Below are positions 58,343-64,000 of a stretch of DNA of 64,000 nt, piece by piece. A program made the translations under genes and the position numbers. The number at the start of each line of letters is the position of its first letter. Positions within the stretch are counted from its first letter, which is position 1. The notes below the pieces were generated by a model. It saw only the letters and a program-made list of their open reading frames with translations. It did no database searches and was not told the DNA's origin. Origin of the DNA: Azolla caroliniana (lineage: Eukaryota; Plantae; Polypodiophyta); assembly GCA_043228905.1 (NCBI GenBank), contig JBHGNT010000020.1:1550001-1614000 (forward strand). The letters are read 5' to 3'.

Positions 58343-59290
58343 ATGAGGCTTTCCCTAACCCTTACCCTTACCCTAATTCTTTACTTTCCTTCTCTTGCTT
58401 ATTGCTTCCTTGTGAAGGACCGATCCAACCCTAGCATCACTTATAATGGCGGGCCTTTGTTATCAGATCGATCTACTATCGATCTTGTTATAGTGTGGTA
58501 TGGTGAATTCTCGAATTCTCAACGAAGAATTGTTGTGGATTTCCTCAACTCTATGCAAGAAAATTCGGCAACTCCAATGAGTAACTATAGTGTTGATTCT
58601 AGACCAACAGTTAGGAAATGGTGGGAAACAACAACCTTGTATAAGGATCATAAGGGATCTTGTGTTGCTCCATATTTCAAACTTGTTGGACAAATATCTA
58701 ACAGATACTCCCTAGGTAGGCGTCTCAAAGCCTATGATGTGCAATCCATAGCTCTCCAATCTATGGTCAAGTTCTCCAATCATATTTCTCTTGGAGTGTA
58801 CATTGTCTTCACATCTTCTCAAGTTGTGGTAGAAAACTTTTGTGAGAGTAAGTGTGCTACACATGCCACCATACAAGTATCTAATGTTAGTGTGCCCTAC
58901 ATTTGGGTGGGAAACTCAGGCACTCAATGCCCTGGCCAATGTGCATGGCCATTTGCCATCCCTGAATTCATGGCTAATCATGCCCCTCGAAAGGCCCCTA
59001 ATGATGTTGGAGTAGATGGCCTCATAATCAACCTTGCCACCATCCTTGCTGGAGTAGTGACTAACCCCCATGGAAATGCTTATTATCAAGGTAGCCCTCA
59101 AGTCCCACTTGAAATTGGCACTGCATGCACGGGCATCTTCGGCCCTGATGCTTACCCTGGCCATCCTGGCACTCTCCTCATTGATTCCAATGGCTCCTCT
59201 TATAATGCTATTGGAAGCAATAATCGGAAATTCCTCCTTCCGTCGTTGTGGCATCCAGAGTTGCGAAAGTGCTTAACCCTCCTAAGTTGA
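58343..59290 (+). CDS. EXORDIUM-like / PHI-1 family secreted protein, intronless
   Basis: Signal-peptide-like MRLSLTLTLTLILYF; YNGGPLL, WYGEF, WVGNSGTQCPGQCAWPF, PNDVGVDG, TNPHGNAYYQG, YPGHPG, RKFLLP. Confidence 0.93.
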   Translation: MRLSLTLTLTLILYFPSLAYCFLVKDRSNPSITYNGGPLLSDRSTIDLVIVWYGEFSNSQRRIVVDFLNSMQENSATPMSNYSVDSRPTVRKWWETTTLYKDHKGSCVAPYFKLVGQISNRYSLGRRLKAYDVQSIALQSMVKFSNHISLGVYIVFTSSQVVVENFCESKCATHATIQVSNVSVPYIWVGNSGTQCPGQCAWPFAIPEFMANHAPRKAPNDVGVDGLIINLATILAGVVTNPHGNAYYQGSPQVPLEIGTACTGIFGPDAYPGHPGTLLIDSNGSSYNAIGSNNRKFLLPSLWHPELRKCLTLLS

Positions 59291-59929
59291 TGCCAATTTG
59301 CTTCCCATGGGCAATAAATTTATTTCCTCAATGGGCAAAGTATGCTTGCAATATAACGATCACCTTGATGTGCTAACTCATCCTTCAATATGGGTTTTGC
59401 ACGAACATTCTCTATTATAAACTAAGCAATTGTCTTCTTTATGGACATTGGAACCAAACAACCTAGCCCGAGTCCTATGTATTTAAACCATTCGCCTTCA
59501 TTCATGATTAGGACTCTTTGGTTTTTCTTATGCCCAAATTATTATTAACCACATCCTCGTGTTAGATTTTCTCTCAATGTGCTTCCTCATTCACTACCAC
59601 AATATCATGCAACCCATTGCTAATATCCATATTGTATTATAGATTTATTTTGCAATTTACATCTACACATATCTGTGTGTGTGTAAATAATGGCTTTCAT
59701 CACAAAATAAAAAAAACACCACCATGACTACTAACTTACATCAAAATATAGAACTCTTCCAAGGATGTAAATACTACTACAACTATGAACTCAATCCCAA
59801 CATAAACACCAATTCAAATGTTGAATATGATGATATGCAACCTTGAAAAGTTCTCTTTCTTCATGGTTGAGGTTTTGTAACTTCTCTAGCACTATCAATT
59901 GCCACAAAAGAAGTCCTTTTAACTTTACA

Positions 59930-60930
59930 ACATATTTTCTCACCCCAACTTGTGAATCAAAAGTGAAGACATTCCGCTTATTCTAATTGAACCATAACCT
60001 CCAATACCTCAAGAACTCAAAAATCATTTGAAAATAAGGCATCGGTTCATTGTTCTCCATATGTGCAAAAACCCAACCGAGTGAAGATAGTCTTACTCCA
60101 GTTATAGACATCCACACTAAATTGATACACCTCCAAACCATTCTAGCCATCAAGCATGGAAGAAATTGATGCCTATTATGTTCCAATTCCACTAAACAAA
60201 AAAAACATATTCCTCTAGCAATATTTCTTTGGTTTAATGCATCCCCCAATAGTAAAGCTCCAACCATAAGTCTCCAAATTAATACTTTACCTCGTAGCAT
60301 CAATCAAGAATACCTAAAATGCTTTCATCACATGAAACCATCAGGTAAGTAATGGGCTTATGAAAACCCCATATCTTTACAACCCTTTCATCCATCCACT
60401 TATGTTTGTGAATCAAGTTATGACAAACATCTTTTGTTCATATGATAGTCAATATCCTATTTCTAACAAATCCAATCAAACTTTTGACATACCCCATCTA
60501 AATAAGGAATTGGCGCATACAATGATAATAATCCTTGCAACTTGTCCCATATAAGGTATAACCTCTTGGAATATAAAATATTGATTTTGTTGTTCGAAAG
60601 GCCATTAATCTTATTTCTAACACTAGCATAGCATCATTAGCTGTTACCAAACCCAATCTAAGTAACTACTAAATTGAAGGTTAAGAAGTCGTTTACTTTC
60701 CCATCTCAACAACCTTGATGTCGCCAAAACCTCATTTTGTAATGATTTGGCACATCCTCTTTCTTGTGAAGGGTGCCATTTCACAAAATCCAACATACTT
60801 TGCCAATATGTTAACAAATGATTAACTAGCAAAGACCATGCAAACATGTGACATTCCTTTCAAAATTAATGATATTCCACCAATTAGCTTCAACCATCAT
60901 GTTTCCAAGCTAAATTATTGTCTTTTCTAT
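59930..60930 (-). mobile_element. L1-type LINE ORF2 3' remnant (zf-RVT region)
   Basis: KVLIWRLMVGALL...ICFFC...E...HQFLPC..ARMVW. Confidence 0.7.
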
Positions 60931-62899
60931 AAAGTATAATGTTACAAACAGATAGAGTAGAGCAAAACAAAGCTAGGCAAAAGGTAAGATACTGAGAAAT
61001 AGAGAGAGAAGCAAGAAGTAAGAGATAGACAAAGCAGAATATTGGATTCTGTAAGTGGCGTTGTTCACCTTGACTGGGGTCAAGGTGAACCCCTTTATTT
61101 ATACATGTTTGTAGTCTCTAAATGTAGTTCCATGTAGAGACCCATTTTCATGCATAAGCTTCTAGAATGTTCCAGCTTCTAAAGCTTTCTAGAAGCTTCT
61201 AAGAACTCCTAGCATGTGGAAATAGATAATCTACTAATAATCTACTAAGATATACATAATATGACCATGTATTAGAGGCATTGGTTAAAACATAACAATT
61301 AATTGTAATGCAAGAGGTCAAGAGTTTGAATCTTGACATGATAATCTACTAAGACATAACATGACTATGTATTGGATGTGTTGATTAAAACATAACAATT
61401 GATTATAATATATGAGGTCAATAGTTCGAATCTTGACATTGTGAATATAGATTCAATATCAATGCCCCACCAATGCACTTTCAAGTACAAATATGATCTC
61501 ATGCCTACCATGAAATGACACTTTTCCCTTTTCTCTTCAATAATAGGATATGCATTGAGTGTGATACCATTTCAAGGGCTTTCTTTAACCACATTAGCAA
61601 TGGAAGGTAATAAGATACCATAGAATTCATAATCGATTGAATCGCCTTAAGCCGTACATTAAAAGGCCAAATTTGAGACCACCATACATAACTTATCCTC
61701 TAATTTGTTAGATACCCACTAAATAGGTTTCACATGAGAAACACTCACCCCCATAGATTGACATATTTGCATTTGTGGGGCCTCCCCCACAAATGCAAAC
61801 GAATACGAATAAGAATACATGAACAAGTATCCGTTTTCTTTTCTTTTTTGAAACAAAAATGATCATTTTGAAAAAAAATTAAGCGGATAGCAAGCGAGCA
61901 AACAACAAATAGCTAGTGAAGAAGCTTCACCCTACATCCTATTCTCGGCCTACATATTAGGGTTTCAGCTGAAATTCCTAATTTCAGTCAAAACCCTAAT
62001 TTCAACCATATTTCCTTTTCTTGGCTTGTATCCTCATCTCCCCTTGCATCCTCTATGCAACGCCTACAACCTATTCTAGGCCTACAAACCCAGGGTTTTA
62101 TTAGAACCCTAATTTTAGTCGAAACCCTAATTAATTAATTAATAGTGAATTAATTAATGTTTTCGTGATTAAATTAATGATTGCTAATTAACTAATGTTT
62201 TCATGAATTAATTCTTTTTTTAGTGAATTAAATATTTTTTATTATGTAAATTTAAAACGAATGGTTTTAGGATATTCTTGGAGTCATTTTTTATTCTCGA
62301 ATATCACATTGTGTGATGTGGCGTGTCCAGTGTGAGAAAATGTGAGAAAGTGAGGTACCACGGACATTACATAAGAAAGTATAAATATGAAAATAAATAA
62401 GTAATTAATAAGTGGCCATTGGCAATGGTTCAATGGTTAGGCCAATAAGTATATACAAAGAAGTGTAGAGTTCAAGTGTTTGTTGGTGTGAATCAAGGAA
62501 AATTTTGTACCCCTTGCTTTTGTGAGAAATGAAATAATAAAAGCATGTAATGTTAAAATAGGCGCTTCAGGGCTTTTTTGGGGGGTCGCCCATTTTGTCT
62601 TTAAGGGGGGACCACTAGGGTTTCATGGCTCTTCTTCTTCTTCTTTTTCTTTAGGGTTAGGGTTTGGGGGGCTCAATTTTTGTGGTATCACCATCATCAT
62701 GTTCTTCTTCATTTGATAGTGCTTCTTATCAAGATACTTGAGGTTTTGAGGGTTTCACTTTGTCCTCTTCATTGTGTGTTCTTCATCATCTCCATCTTCA
62801 TCATCATTTTCATATTCTCCTTCACCTTCTCAAGTGTACCTCAACTCATACGTTCACATCATCGTCTTTTCATTAACTTGACAATTTGGATCCACCATC

Positions 62900-64000
62900 A
62901 CCACTTGCGGATAGAGGCCCAGTGCTTGTTTGTGCATGTGAGATGCACACTTCGCGACAACGTATGTGTCAATCTATGTCCACCCCAATTGGAAATCCAA
63001 GGTGACCACAAATTATACCACCGACCTAACCCTAACACAACTTGTTTTGTACATGAAATGAGGACAAATTTATGCATATTAATTCGCAAACTTGAAGCAT
63101 TTGAAAAAAAATCCACACATCTCTTGTCTTACTACTATTTTCTCGATTAAGTGCCAAAAACATGATATCGTCATCCACAAGATCTTGAACAATACACGGC
63201 TTCTTTGATGGCAACCTTAGTCCAAACAATTCTACTTCCACATCCATATTGTGTAATTTGGCAAGAATAGGACGTGTCACAATAGTGAATAGTAAATGAT
63301 GGAATGGGCATCCCTATCTAATCGATTTCGAATAGAAAAAGGTTTTGTTACTCCATTAAACCACACATATGAAACAAAACCCTCCCCTAATGTATATATC
63401 AACTTAAACATACGATCACCAAAACCTTTATGAGTCACCAAAGGATTTATAATTACCAATCCACATTATCATAGGCCTTCTCAATATCCAATTGTAACAA
63501 GATTAATTCTTGTTAACACTCATTTGCATAGTCAATTGTCATTTGAACATTTAAAATATTATTTAAAAGATCTCTTTTTGTTAAAAACCCATATTAAGCT
63601 TTATGAATAACATAAGGTAAAATCTTATGTAATCTATTGACCATCACTTTGCAAAAATCTTGTACATTCCCCCCATGAATGAAATAGGCCTCATCCCTCC
63701 ACTAAGCAAAAGAAGATGGAAAAGGTACCTTCTAAGAGCTTTATAAAACCAATCTTCCAAGAATGAGGCACTTCCCCTAATGTCCACAGCTTTTGAAATA
63801 AGACTATAAGAGGCCCCTTTAACTTAATTACATATTTCTTAAAGACTTCATTTATTAATCCATCCCACCCAAGACTCTTATCATTAGTAAGATGTGATAT
63901 GATGTATTCCACCTCATCCTATGAAATATCAACATCTAATGATTGTGCCACATCATGTGATACATGATTTTTCACTCCATTAAAAAAACCAGCTCTATCC
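62900..64000 (-). mobile_element. L1-type LINE RT remnant (continues beyond window)
   Basis: KSLGWDGL..EVFKKY, RPISFMG.MYKIFAKV, LDIEKAYD, with stops and frameshifts. Confidence 0.85.

Noticed and set aside
60940-62371. Defined solo LTR boundaries inside the L1 remnant
   Set aside because: LTR-like TG..CA segments are present, but no TSD could be matched, so boundaries are unsupported.

Overview
AT-rich land-plant nuclear DNA, probably from a non-seed plant (inferred from the retroelement types; not provable here). The first ~21 kb is a retrotransposon nest. A decayed Ty3/Gypsy element (1391-17848, tRNA-Trp PBS) and an inverted solo LTR of the same family (17866-18511) both interrupt a Ulp1/C48-protease-like reading frame. 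A very young Gypsy element (6045-15356; apparently identical 420-bp LTRs; GTTCC TSD) sits inside the older element's RNase H. The young element is the most unusual object in the window. All three of its ORFs are intact, but the domain order is GAG / RT-RH-INT / ZnK-PROTEASE-extra domain-coiled coil. The aspartic protease therefore lies downstream of integrase, fused to a 3' accessory ORF. Gag and pol meet at an ATGA stop-start overlap, and a 35-nt poly(A) tract precedes ORF3. The rest of the window holds six host genes: MMTAG2-like, a SYP3/Sed5 syntaxin, an ELO/GNS1-like gene, a PLS-E PPR gene, RPS21 with a GC-AG intron, and EXORDIUM/PHI-1-like. These are interspersed with LINE, Copia and Gypsy remnants, solo LTRs, MITEs and tandem repeats. 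All comparisons were made by eye; no database searches were run.
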